DNA of 21,645 bases from Promethearchaeota archaeon (GTDB lineage Archaea; Asgardarchaeota; Lokiarchaeia; Sigyniarchaeales; SOKP01). Positions 8,134 to 16,653 of the stretch are shown here, in pieces (within the stretch, counting starts at the first letter, position 1; each line of letters begins with the position of its first letter). The translations under genes and the position numbers were made by a program. Below the pieces are notes generated by a model, which was given only the letters and a program-made list of their open reading frames with translations, was not told the DNA's origin and ran no database searches. The DNA is taken from positions 1-21,645 of the forward strand of contig JAFGOA010000150.1 in assembly GCA_016926735.1 (NCBI GenBank), written 5' to 3'.

Positions 8134-9636
8134 TTAAACAAAATGAATCAATAAATCTTTTATTCGTTCAGTAAATTCTAATAAACAATTTTCTATCTCT
8201 TTTTTATTATTATTGTTATCTAATAAAACTAAAATAAATAAAATGGTTTCGCTAATATTCAATTGTTTAACAATTACATTAGAGTTTGCTAATTTAAAAA
8301 TAGCTTCATTTTTTTGAAGTGCTTTAAATTTATAAAATATTTTATATAACATAGTAAATTGAGGTGCTGTTATTTCAAATACATTATGAATAATTTCAAA
8401 TTCTTCGTCTTCATCTATTAAATTCTCCGCTTTATATGAATAATAATCAGCCATTACTAAACCATCATTACTCAATAATAACGTAATATAAGATCCTACT
8501 CTTTTTGAAAACTTTTTCAGATTATGTTTTATTATATTTCTATTTGGACTTAGTTTTGAAATACCAGAAGAGAATGCTCTTAAAATAGTAGATATTTCAA
8601 AAATACTTGTAGTAAAGATATCAATTTCCTTTTTTTTTATTTGATTTTGTATTTTAGATTTTATAAATTTAATATTTTTTTTTATTTCAGATGAATCAAT
8701 AATATCAAGATCTGCTTTTGATAGAATAAAGATTATTGGAGTATTTTGAACTAACTCATTTTTTAGGATATTATTGATGTTATTTAAATATTCAAGACTT
8801 TCTTCGAATCTCTGTTTATTTTTAATATCAATAAAATATAGCAGTAAATCAGATTCATAAAGATAAATATCTGATTTTGTCAGATATTTTTTTCTTAAAC
8901 TAGATTGCCCCCCTAGATCCCAGAGAATAATAGAAGCCCCTAGAGCTTGTATTGATTGAACGTTTGCGCTTCGAGTAGGTTTTAAACCCATAAGTTTAGA
9001 GAATTTTCGATCAACTGCTAATAAAAATGAGGTTTTTCCTGAATCATCCAGACCTGCTAAAATAATTTTAATTTTTTTTTGTGTAGAAGCAGGAGGAGAT
9101 GGCTTTTTTTCTATTTCTATAATGTTTTTAAGTAATTTTTTAAAATAAATAAGTGATTTTTCTTTTGTTATAAAACCGTTTTTTAAGATTTTGTTAAATT
9201 CCATGAAAAAATCTTCGATAATTGTTTGAATTTGTTTATAATTGTTATATAAGAAATTTCTTTTATTTTCTTCAACTAATATAGAAAATGCTGTTTCGAT
9301 TGGCTTAATTCTTGAATTTAAAACTAAATAGTAAAAAAATGTCAATGATGTTAAATTAAAATCCGGATATGGGATGATTGCAAAATATTTAAAATCTCTA
9401 ACTTCATTTTTTTTTGGAGTCAATTCATCAGTTAAAAGTAAACTTAGATTTTTTATAGCAATTTGCATATAATCTCGAAATGTAAAAAATAATCCTTTAT
9501 CTTCTCTTTTTAATGGTGTAGAACCGTTCTTTTCAGGTATTACTTCTGGATAAAAATATTTTGGTTGTGGTCCTATCTCATCATGAACACAATAAACAAA
9601 TGCTTTTATTATTGATGATGAAAGAAGTTTTTTCAT
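8134..9636 (-). CDS. Three-domain protein: longin/uDENN-like + Rag/Arf-like GTPase + roadblock-like domain
   Basis: N-terminal VHDEIGPQP. G1 GLDDSGKT, G2 PT, G3 WDLGGQ, G4 SKAD, G5 TSIF. The C-terminus starts LSP..LKKF..ITLLLSNDGLVMADY. Clear paralog of 18760..20172. Confidence 0.85.
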   Translation of the reverse strand: MKKLLSSSIIKAFVYCVHDEIGPQPKYFYPEVIPEKNGSTPLKREDKGLFFTFRDYMQIAIKNLSLLLTDELTPKKNEVRDFKYFAIIPYPDFNLTSLTFFYYLVLNSRIKPIETAFSILVEENKRNFLYNNYKQIQTIIEDFFMEFNKILKNGFITKEKSLIYFKKLLKNIIEIEKKPSPPASTQKKIKIILAGLDDSGKTSFLLAVDRKFSKLMGLKPTRSANVQSIQALGASIILWDLGGQSSLRKKYLTKSDIYLYESDLLLYFIDIKNKQRFEESLEYLNNINNILKNELVQNTPIIFILSKADLDIIDSSEIKKNIKFIKSKIQNQIKKKEIDIFTTSIFEISTILRAFSSGISKLSPNRNIIKHNLKKFSKRVGSYITLLLSNDGLVMADYYSYKAENLIDEDEEFEIIHNVFEITAPQFTMLYKIFYKFKALQKNEAIFKLANSNVIVKQLNISETILFILVLLDNNNNKKEIENCLLEFTERIKDLLIHFV

Positions 9637-9820
9637 TTTTTTCTAGATTAAAATATTTTTTAAATTAATAGCATTCTTTAATTTTATGTAAAAATATTAG
9701 TTAATAAGTTTAATTGGTTAAGATTATATTAAAAAATTTTAGATTCAATATACCTTTATGCTTTTTTGGATTATATAATTTGTTCAAAAAGATTATAACT
9801 AAATTAATAATAGCGTTGTT

Positions 9821-10780
9821 ATGTTAGAAATACTAGCTCAATCTATAAGAAAAAATAAGAATATAATAAATAAAAAAGAAATAAATTCAGTTGTGCAGTT
9901 TATCGATTCTAATACTTTTAAAAATGTTCAAGTATACTCAAATTATGGAGAAGATAGCGCTGCTATTAACTATGATGATAAATTAATATTACTAACAACA
10001 GATAGAATTAATACATTTTTTATTAAGAAATCTCCTTTTGGAGCAGGATTCAGTTCTATTTTAGTAAGTATTGATGATATATATGCTTGCGGAGGATCTC
10101 CTATCGCAGCCAGCATAATTCTTTCATATAAAGATAAAGAAATAGGTAATCAAATTCTTAAAGGAATATGTGAAGGATCTAATAAATTTAAAATACCTAT
10201 AATAAGAGGTCATACTAATTTAAATGAAAATTATTATGAATTGAGTTCAACCATTATTGGAGAAATACCTAAGGAATTTTATATTTCTGCTTGTAATGCT
10301 AAAATAGATGACAAGATCATTTTGGCTATGGATTTTGAGGGAAAATTAGGTCGCGCAAGCAAATATTATTTTGATACAACAACATTTAAATCTTCTGAGG
10401 AAGTTTTAAAAAAACGAGAGAGTATGATTAGAGTAGCTAAGGAGAAAATTGTATCCACCTCTAAAGATGTGTCAAATGGAGGGCTTTTTGGTACAATATT
10501 GCAAATGATAAAATATTCTAGAGTTGGTGCAAATATAAATATAAATGAAATTATAATTCCTCCAATCTTGAAAAGGTTAAATTATGATTTGGTAAAATTT
10601 TCAAAAATGTATTTATCAACATCATTTATTTTAACTGCTCAAGAGAAAAATAGTGATAAAATAATTAATATATTTGAGAAATATGGGATGAAAGCAAATA
10701 TTATTGGTGAAATCATAAAAGATAAAAATCTTTTGAAATTAAATAATAATAAAAATTCTATAGATGTTATTAAATTCTAG
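9821..10780 (+). CDS. AIR synthase-related (PurM/ThiL/SelD/HypE fold) protein, resembling sll0787/methanogenesis marker 2
   Basis: YGEDSAAI, IDDIYACGGSP, PIIRGHT and KDVSNGGLFGT. Confidence 0.82.
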   Translation: MLEILAQSIRKNKNIINKKEINSVVQFIDSNTFKNVQVYSNYGEDSAAINYDDKLILLTTDRINTFFIKKSPFGAGFSSILVSIDDIYACGGSPIAASIILSYKDKEIGNQILKGICEGSNKFKIPIIRGHTNLNENYYELSSTIIGEIPKEFYISACNAKIDDKIILAMDFEGKLGRASKYYFDTTTFKSSEEVLKKRESMIRVAKEKIVSTSKDVSNGGLFGTILQMIKYSRVGANININEIIIPPILKRLNYDLVKFSKMYLSTSFILTAQEKNSDKIINIFEKYGMKANIIGEIIKDKNLLKLNNNKNSIDVIKF

Positions 10781-10800
10781 AATAACTATATTGGTATTAT

Positions 10801-11499
10801 ATGTTGTTTAAAAATCGTAGAAGTATTATATTCATTACTATGTCTATTTTAATCATAGTAACTTTTTCATCTTATTCAAATATTAATAAAAATATCAATA
10901 TTGAACCTAATAATACAGATATAAAATCAGCTCAAATAGGAACTCATACTATAGAAATATCAACTCCTAATATTTTCTGGTTTGAGTGTCAAATAAAAAT
11001 TATTACACATTCAAATCAAACGGGATTATTTAACATCTTTATAGATGATATTTCTAGTTTAGATAATTTTAATGGAATAATTAAATCATTAAATTTAATC
11101 GAGAATATTACACAAACTTTTATTATAAACATACAACCTAAATTGTTGGTTTTTCCAGGACAATATCAATTCTCTTTAAATATAAGTGGACTTTTCACTG
11201 TTAATCGGTCATTTGAATCGATCTTAGGTTTAGGATATATAACAGGATTACTTTTATTAGGTTTATTTTCAATACCATTAATTTATATTATAATTAAAAA
11301 GCTAAAATTTAGCAATGAGATTTCATCTCCAGAAAAATCTATTTCTACAGAAAAGCAATATGAAAAAGTGGAAGGATTACCAGCAAAAAAAATAATGTGT
11401 TCGAATTGTCAAGAAATAATTCCTGAGGGGCTCTCAATATGTCCAGAGTGTGGAGAAAGAATTCCAGAATTTTTACGATATTCAAACCCCTCTTATTAA
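10801..11499 (+). CDS. Membrane protein: N-terminal signal/TM, beta-rich external domain, TM helix, cytoplasmic zinc ribbon
   Basis: KNRR followed by a hydrophobic N-terminus; PGQYQFSLNISG strand; TM LGYITGLLLLGLFSIPLIYIII-KK; CSNC...CPECG. Confidence 0.8.
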   Translation: MLFKNRRSIIFITMSILIIVTFSSYSNINKNINIEPNNTDIKSAQIGTHTIEISTPNIFWFECQIKIITHSNQTGLFNIFIDDISSLDNFNGIIKSLNLIENITQTFIINIQPKLLVFPGQYQFSLNISGLFTVNRSFESILGLGYITGLLLLGLFSIPLIYIIIKKLKFSNEISSPEKSISTEKQYEKVEGLPAKKIMCSNCQEIIPEGLSICPECGERIPEFLRYSNPSY

Positions 11500-11524
11500 G
11501 ATAAATAAATAAATAATATTAAAA

Positions 11525-12016
11525 ATGATAAATTTAGAAGTTAGAATTCCTGATACCCCTGGATGTTTAATAGAATTAATAAAACCAATATCTAATAATG
11601 GAGGTAATATTTTTGGGATACTCCATCATCATGATAAAAAAATCAATAATATGATCCCAGTAAATATATCTTTTGAATTAAATGAAGAGTTAAGAGAAAA
11701 AAAATTAGAAAATATTAAACAAGAACTGAGAAAAAGTCAAATTCAAATAGATAATATAAATTTGGGTATAGAACAAAATAATTTTATTGTCATATTAACG
11801 GGTCATGTATTTGACACAGATGTAGTAGATACAATTAAAAGATTAGCACTAAAAGAAATAAAAGTCTCAGAATTAGAAGCGAAATTTACAGAAATATCTG
11901 AAGTTAGTGATGTTAAATTTAAATTTAATTTCCCTGAATCTTTTACAAAAGAAGATGTAATAACTGAAATAAATAAAATTTGTCAAGAAAAAGATTTAAT
12001 TCTTATTCGATCCTAA
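11525..12016 (+). CDS. Tandem ACT-domain protein, probable allosteric subunit of homoserine dehydrogenase (COG2061-like)
   Basis: IPDTPGCLIELIKPISNNGGNIFGILH and LTGHVFDTDVVDTI; lies directly upstream of hom. Confidence 0.85.
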   Translation: MINLEVRIPDTPGCLIELIKPISNNGGNIFGILHHHDKKINNMIPVNISFELNEELREKKLENIKQELRKSQIQIDNINLGIEQNNFIVILTGHVFDTDVVDTIKRLALKEIKVSELEAKFTEISEVSDVKFKFNFPESFTKEDVITEINKICQEKDLILIRS

Positions 12017-12131
12017 TAAAATTTGAATTTTAATTTTGTTCTTTTTTTTAGAAGTAAATTCAATCTCAAAAATAATTTATCTCATTTTGTATTAAATATT
12101 ATAAAATAAATAATATTTCAAATTGTTTTAT

Positions 12132-13145
12132 ATGTTTATTAAAATAGGTCTTATTGGTAAAGGAAATGTAGGATCTTGTTTTTTGGAATTACTAAAAATT
12201 AAAAAAAACTATCTCAATAAAAAGTTAAATCTAAAATATAAAGTAATAGCTATTTATGAATATGATGGTGCCTTAATCAATGAAAAAGGTATTGATATCG
12301 ATGAAATACTTTTATTGAGGAACAATTTTAGAAGTCATAAGGATTGGAAAGAAAATGTAAAAGCAATTGATTCAATTTCTAATTTAAATTTAGATGTATG
12401 TATTGATACAACACCAACTAATCCGAATACGGGTGAACCTGCATTAAGTCATATTTTTAAGGCATTAAATAATAATATAAATGTAATTTCATCTAGCAAA
12501 GGACCATTTTATCTAAAATATAAAGAAATTCATGATTTAGCAAAATTAAAAAACCTCTTAGTAAAATATGAAGCAACAGTTGCTTCAAATGTTCCAATAC
12601 TTTCAATTAAAGATTCACTTAAAGGAAATGAAATAATAAGTATAAAAGCTATTTTAAATGGTACATCAAATTATATATTGAGTCGCATGTCATCAGAAGG
12701 AGTTGCTTTTTCAGTAGCATTAAAAGAAGCACAGGAGTTGGGTTATGCAGAAGCAGATCCAACCTTAGATATTGAAGGTTATGATGCAGCTGGAAAACTT
12801 GTTATTTTAGCAAATGAATTATTTTGTTGGTCAAAAACGATTAAAGAGGTAAAAATTAAAGGTATTTCCAAAATTACGCAACATGCTATCGAATTAGCTA
12901 AGTCAGAAGGATTGATTATTAAGCATTTAGCTATAGCTGAAAAAGGTACTCTTATAGTAGAACCTCGTTTAATAGAAAAAGATTCACCTTTAAATATTGA
13001 GGGTACTTTAAATGTTATTGAACTTCAAACAACTTACTCTGGACCTATAATAATTATGGGAAGAGGTGCTGGAGGATATGAAGCAGGTTCTGCGATATTG
13101 AATGATCTCATTAGCATTCATAGAATCATAAATAATATCAAATAA
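12132..13145 (+). CDS. hom: Homoserine dehydrogenase
   Basis: IGKGNVG, KGP, YEATV, ILNGTSNYIL, AQELGYAEADPTLDIEGYDAAGK and GRGAGG. ATG at 12132; alternative TTG at 12123. Confidence 0.95.
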   Translation: MFIKIGLIGKGNVGSCFLELLKIKKNYLNKKLNLKYKVIAIYEYDGALINEKGIDIDEILLLRNNFRSHKDWKENVKAIDSISNLNLDVCIDTTPTNPNTGEPALSHIFKALNNNINVISSSKGPFYLKYKEIHDLAKLKNLLVKYEATVASNVPILSIKDSLKGNEIISIKAILNGTSNYILSRMSSEGVAFSVALKEAQELGYAEADPTLDIEGYDAAGKLVILANELFCWSKTIKEVKIKGISKITQHAIELAKSEGLIIKHLAIAEKGTLIVEPRLIEKDSPLNIEGTLNVIELQTTYSGPIIIMGRGAGGYEAGSAILNDLISIHRIINNIK

Positions 13146-13171
13146 AAATTTTATACTAAGGAAATTTTAAG

Positions 13172-13735
13172 TTGATAATGATAGATTTTAACTTTAAAAG
13201 GGATTGTAAAGGAATAGTCTCAGTTATATGTGGAAGTGAAATAGATAAAAAAACTGAAGAAATCGCTATGGAGGTTGGACGATTGTTAGCAAAAAATAAT
13301 TATGCGATATCTTGTGGGGGGTTATTTGGAGCTATGGAAGCACTATGTAAAGGAGCTAAGCAAGAAAATGGTTTAACTATTGGAATTATACCTTATAAAG
13401 AAAAGAGTGCAGCAAATCAATATATTGATATAGCAATTCCAGTACCTTTTTCTCAAGCTAGAAATCTAATTGTTGTATTAAGTGGGGATATTTCTGTTGC
13501 TATTGGAGGTAAAGCAGGAACTCTTTCTGAAATTTGTTTTGCTTGGAGTTATGGAAAACCAATTATAGCATTATCTAGTGTAGAAGGATGGTCCTCTAAA
13601 ATAGCTGGACAAAAATTAGATGACAGACGATCAGATCAAATTTATAATGCTATAAGTCCTCAAGATGTTATAGATAAAATTTTAGAAATAGAAAAAAATA
13701 AAGATTTTATCAGGTTTAATTCAGGGGATTTTTGA
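13172..13735 (+). CDS. TIGR00725/LOG-like Rossmann-fold nucleotide-binding protein
   Basis: GGLFGAMEA, TIGIIP, QARNLIVV and IGGKAGTLSEI. Confidence 0.88.
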   Translation: MIMIDFNFKRDCKGIVSVICGSEIDKKTEEIAMEVGRLLAKNNYAISCGGLFGAMEALCKGAKQENGLTIGIIPYKEKSAANQYIDIAIPVPFSQARNLIVVLSGDISVAIGGKAGTLSEICFAWSYGKPIIALSSVEGWSSKIAGQKLDDRRSDQIYNAISPQDVIDKILEIEKNKDFIRFNSGDF

Positions 13736-13740
13736 AAATA

Positions 13741-14007
13741 CTAATCATGGGATATATATATTTCCCATATCTCATATAATGCATAAATATCAGCTATATA
13801 AAGAAAAAAAATAAACCTAAGCCATCCCCAAATAGTATCTTCAATAGTCAAAAGATAAATAGTAATTCCAAGAAAAATAGCTTCAATTAAAAGTAATAAT
13901 ATTGATGTTTCTATAAAATTAAATCCAACAATTCTATTATATAGTATTAATAATGAATCATATCTTTTTTAAAAGCAAAAAAAAAAAATATTGAATAAAA
14001 ATAACAT
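13741..14007 (-). pseudogene. Possible small membrane protein gene interrupted by one in-frame TAA
   Basis: MLFLFNIFFFCF*KRYDSLLILYNRIVGFNFIETSILLLLIEAIFLGITIYLLTIEDTIWGWLRFIFFLYIADIYALYEIWEIYISHD*. TAA at 13971-13969, then 75 open codons filling an otherwise empty 330-bp gap. Confidence 0.4.
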
Positions 14008-14067
14008 ATTTATTTTTTAATAAACATAAGATTTTTTGGGATTTTTACAATAAATAATAATATTATT

Positions 14068-15417
14068 ATGTTTCATTCAACAAATTATAAAACAGAAAAT
14101 GTTGACTTTAAAACAGCTATATTAAGAGGTCAAGCTTTAGATAAAGGATTATATATGCTTAATAATATTCCAAAATTAGAACAAAAAGATATATTTTCAT
14201 TTAAAGAGCTTAATCTTTCCGATATAGGATATAATGTACTTTCGAAAATTATTGGAAATAGTATTCCAAGTAAAGATCTCAAAAATATTATAAATGATGG
14301 ATTAAATTTTGATGTTCCAATCGATTTTATATCAAAAAATGATTATATTTGTTATTTAGATAAGGGTCCAACTTGCAGTTTTAAAGATTTTGGAGCACGA
14401 ATATTAGCAAGAATAATGCAATATTTTTTGAAAAAACTAGACAGTAATATTATTATTTTAACAGCTACTTCAGGAGATACAGGGGGAGCTGTTGCTCAAG
14501 CTTTCTATGAAATGGATAGAATCAAAGTAGTTGTTTTATACCCAAAAGAAGAAATAAGTAATCTACAAAGAAAACAAATGACAACATTAGGGAAAAATAT
14601 AAACGCAATTGGTATAAAAGGTAAATTTGATGATTGTCAAAAATATGTTAAAAAAGCTTTTGCAGATAAAGATTTGAATAATCTAAACTTATCATCTGCT
14701 AATTCTATAAATTTTGGTCGGTTATTACCACAGACATTATATTATTTTTGGAGTTATTCACGAATAATAGAAGATATGAACGAAGAAGTTATTTTTTCAG
14801 TTCCTTCTGGTAATTTTGGAAATCTTATGGGAGGATTGATAGCAAAAAAAATGGGTCTTCCAGTTAGAAAATTTATTTCAGCTGTTAATGAAAATGACGA
14901 ATTTCCTAATTTTCTTAAAACAAGTCAGTACAAAAAAGTGGAACCTTCTAAAAATTGTATTTCTAATGCTATGAATGTAGGACATCCATCAAATCTTGCT
15001 CGATTAATAGATTTATTTAATGGTCAAATAGATGAGCAAGGTATTATTATAAAACAACCAGATATAGATTTAATTAGAAAAGAAATCATTTCTTATTCAA
15101 TAAATGATGAATTAACCAAATCCACAATTAAAACTTTTTACAAAAAATATTACAAAATTCTCGAACCTCATGGAGCTGTTGGTTGGGCTGCTCTTGAAAT
15201 TTATAGGAAGGAATATTATAATGATCTTAAATATAAATCAATAACATTTGAAACGGCAGATCCAGCAAAATTTCCTAATGAAATAATTGAATTAATTAAT
15301 ATATATCCTAAAGTTCCAAAATCTTTAGATACTATTCAAAATAAAAAAGAATTTACTAATCCAATAGAAATCGAGAATTTCAATGATTTTAAAAATTATC
15401 TGAAAAATTATTTTTAA
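14068..15417 (+). CDS. thrC: Threonine synthase, long (E. coli/fungal-type) form
   Basis: GQALDKGLY, GPTCSFKDFG (PLP lysine), ATSGDTG, FDDCQ, SANSINFGRL, VPSGNFGN, EPHGAV and TADPAKF. Confidence 0.95.
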   Translation: MFHSTNYKTENVDFKTAILRGQALDKGLYMLNNIPKLEQKDIFSFKELNLSDIGYNVLSKIIGNSIPSKDLKNIINDGLNFDVPIDFISKNDYICYLDKGPTCSFKDFGARILARIMQYFLKKLDSNIIILTATSGDTGGAVAQAFYEMDRIKVVVLYPKEEISNLQRKQMTTLGKNINAIGIKGKFDDCQKYVKKAFADKDLNNLNLSSANSINFGRLLPQTLYYFWSYSRIIEDMNEEVIFSVPSGNFGNLMGGLIAKKMGLPVRKFISAVNENDEFPNFLKTSQYKKVEPSKNCISNAMNVGHPSNLARLIDLFNGQIDEQGIIIKQPDIDLIRKEIISYSINDELTKSTIKTFYKKYYKILEPHGAVGWAALEIYRKEYYNDLKYKSITFETADPAKFPNEIIELINIYPKVPKSLDTIQNKKEFTNPIEIENFNDFKNYLKNYF

Positions 15418-15513
15418 ATTTCTATAAGCATAATTTAATAAATCATTATAAAAATCTTTATTTTATCTGAGAACATTATAATTCTAGATATAATATTTAG
15501 TGGAGTATCAACA

Positions 15514-16461
15514 ATGGAATTTTTGAAAGAAGAGGAACAAGAAGCCCAGAAAATCCTTTTTACAGGACTTGATGGGGCAGGAAAAACTTCAATCATTATG
15601 GCTCTAAAAAGAGAATTCTCTAAAATAGCGATACTAACCCCCACTAGAGGAGCTCAAAGAAGAATATTTGAATATCTAGGAAAAAATATTAGTGAATGGG
15701 ATTTAGGGGGACAAAAATCTTATCGTATAGCCTATTTAAGAAATCCTGGAAAATATTTTGAAAATACAGAAATCGCAATTTATGTTATAGATATTCAAGA
15801 TGAGAATCGATTTGATGAATCTATTAATTATATTAAAGATGTTATTAAAAAATTTGAGGAATTAGAAATAAAACCACCAATTAATATTTTTTTCCATAAA
15901 TTTGATCCAGCATTGGAAAAAAGTGCAATAAATGAATATTCAAAAAGAATAACTAATTTAAAACAGAAGATTAATAAAATAACTAAGTATAAAAATTTAT
16001 TATATTATAATACTTCAATTTATGAATTATCATCCTTAATTAAAGCAATGTCAGAAATATATTTAACACTTTATCCAAAAACAGAATTAATTGATAAAAC
16101 AATATCAGAATTCGCGCTTAAAGTTGATTCTGAAGGAGTCGTTATAATTGATGATAATTCTTTACAAATAGGGAGTTATTATAAAGACGAGGCAATAAAA
16201 GAAATATTAAATTTATCTACACCCTATTTTCTTACGCTTAATGATAGTTTTAAAGCTGCTGAGGAACGAAATTCTTCATTAAAAAATTCTGAAAATCAAG
16301 TAATGGTAAAAAGGAATCAAAAATATTTTATTTTTAAACAAATATCATTAAAAAAAGGAAACCCACCTTACTATCTATTATTAGTTAAAGCCAAACCGGA
16401 ATATAATAAAGGAGATATTGATATACTTTCGAGTATCCTAGAAGAAATTCTATATACATAA
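15514..16461 (+). CDS. Rag/Gtr-like GTPase with C-terminal roadblock-like domain
   Basis: G1 GLDGAGKT, G2 PT, G3 WDLGGQ, Rag-type G4 HKFD and G5 TSIY. Followed by LYP...EGVVIIDDNSLQIGSY roadblock-like region. Confidence 0.88.
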   Translation: MEFLKEEEQEAQKILFTGLDGAGKTSIIMALKREFSKIAILTPTRGAQRRIFEYLGKNISEWDLGGQKSYRIAYLRNPGKYFENTEIAIYVIDIQDENRFDESINYIKDVIKKFEELEIKPPINIFFHKFDPALEKSAINEYSKRITNLKQKINKITKYKNLLYYNTSIYELSSLIKAMSEIYLTLYPKTELIDKTISEFALKVDSEGVVIIDDNSLQIGSYYKDEAIKEILNLSTPYFLTLNDSFKAAEERNSSLKNSENQVMVKRNQKYFIFKQISLKKGNPPYYLLLVKAKPEYNKGDIDILSSILEEILYT

Positions 16462-16493
16462 ATTATAATATTTTTCTTAAATCTCTTATCTTT

Positions 16494-16535
16494 ATTTCTA
16501 TTGATAGAAAAATTCGCGAAAATTACAATAGAAAT
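16494..16535. repeat. Nested inverted repeats in the intergenic region
   Basis: ATTTCTATTG (16494-16503) pairs with CAATAGAAAT (16526-16535); TTTCTAT-tg-ATAGAAA (16495-16510); TTCGCGAA palindrome (16513-16520). Confidence 0.6.
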
Positions 16536-16653
16536 CTTTTTCATTAAATAGATATTAATATATATGTGGATTTTCATAATTAAACTTGAAGATTTGATAT
16601 CTATTTAAAATGATAATTTTTCATTATTATAAATTGTTAAAGGGGATTTTTAA

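Noticed and set aside
11220-11310. LGY + TM + KK segment as an archaeosortase sorting signal
   Set aside because: It is followed by about 60 aa including a Zn ribbon, so it is not C-terminal, and it lacks a PG[FY]/PEF motif.
13747-13768. ATGGGA...TCCCAT inverted repeat after the LOG-like gene as a terminator
   Set aside because: Short stem, no following T-tract, and it lies within the possible minus-strand ORF; not supportable.
6968-13971. TAA reassignment or systematic readthrough, suggested by two in-frame TAA interruptions
   Set aside because: Most clear genes here (albA, hom, thrC, M42) end at TAA at their expected lengths, so the code is standard.
15435-15644. 69-aa minus-strand ORF
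   Set aside because: Antisense to the P-loop region of the Rag-like gene.
16371-16577. 68-aa minus-strand ORF
   Set aside because: Overlaps the 3' end of the Rag-like gene; its I/N/K-rich composition is typical of translated intergenic DNA.
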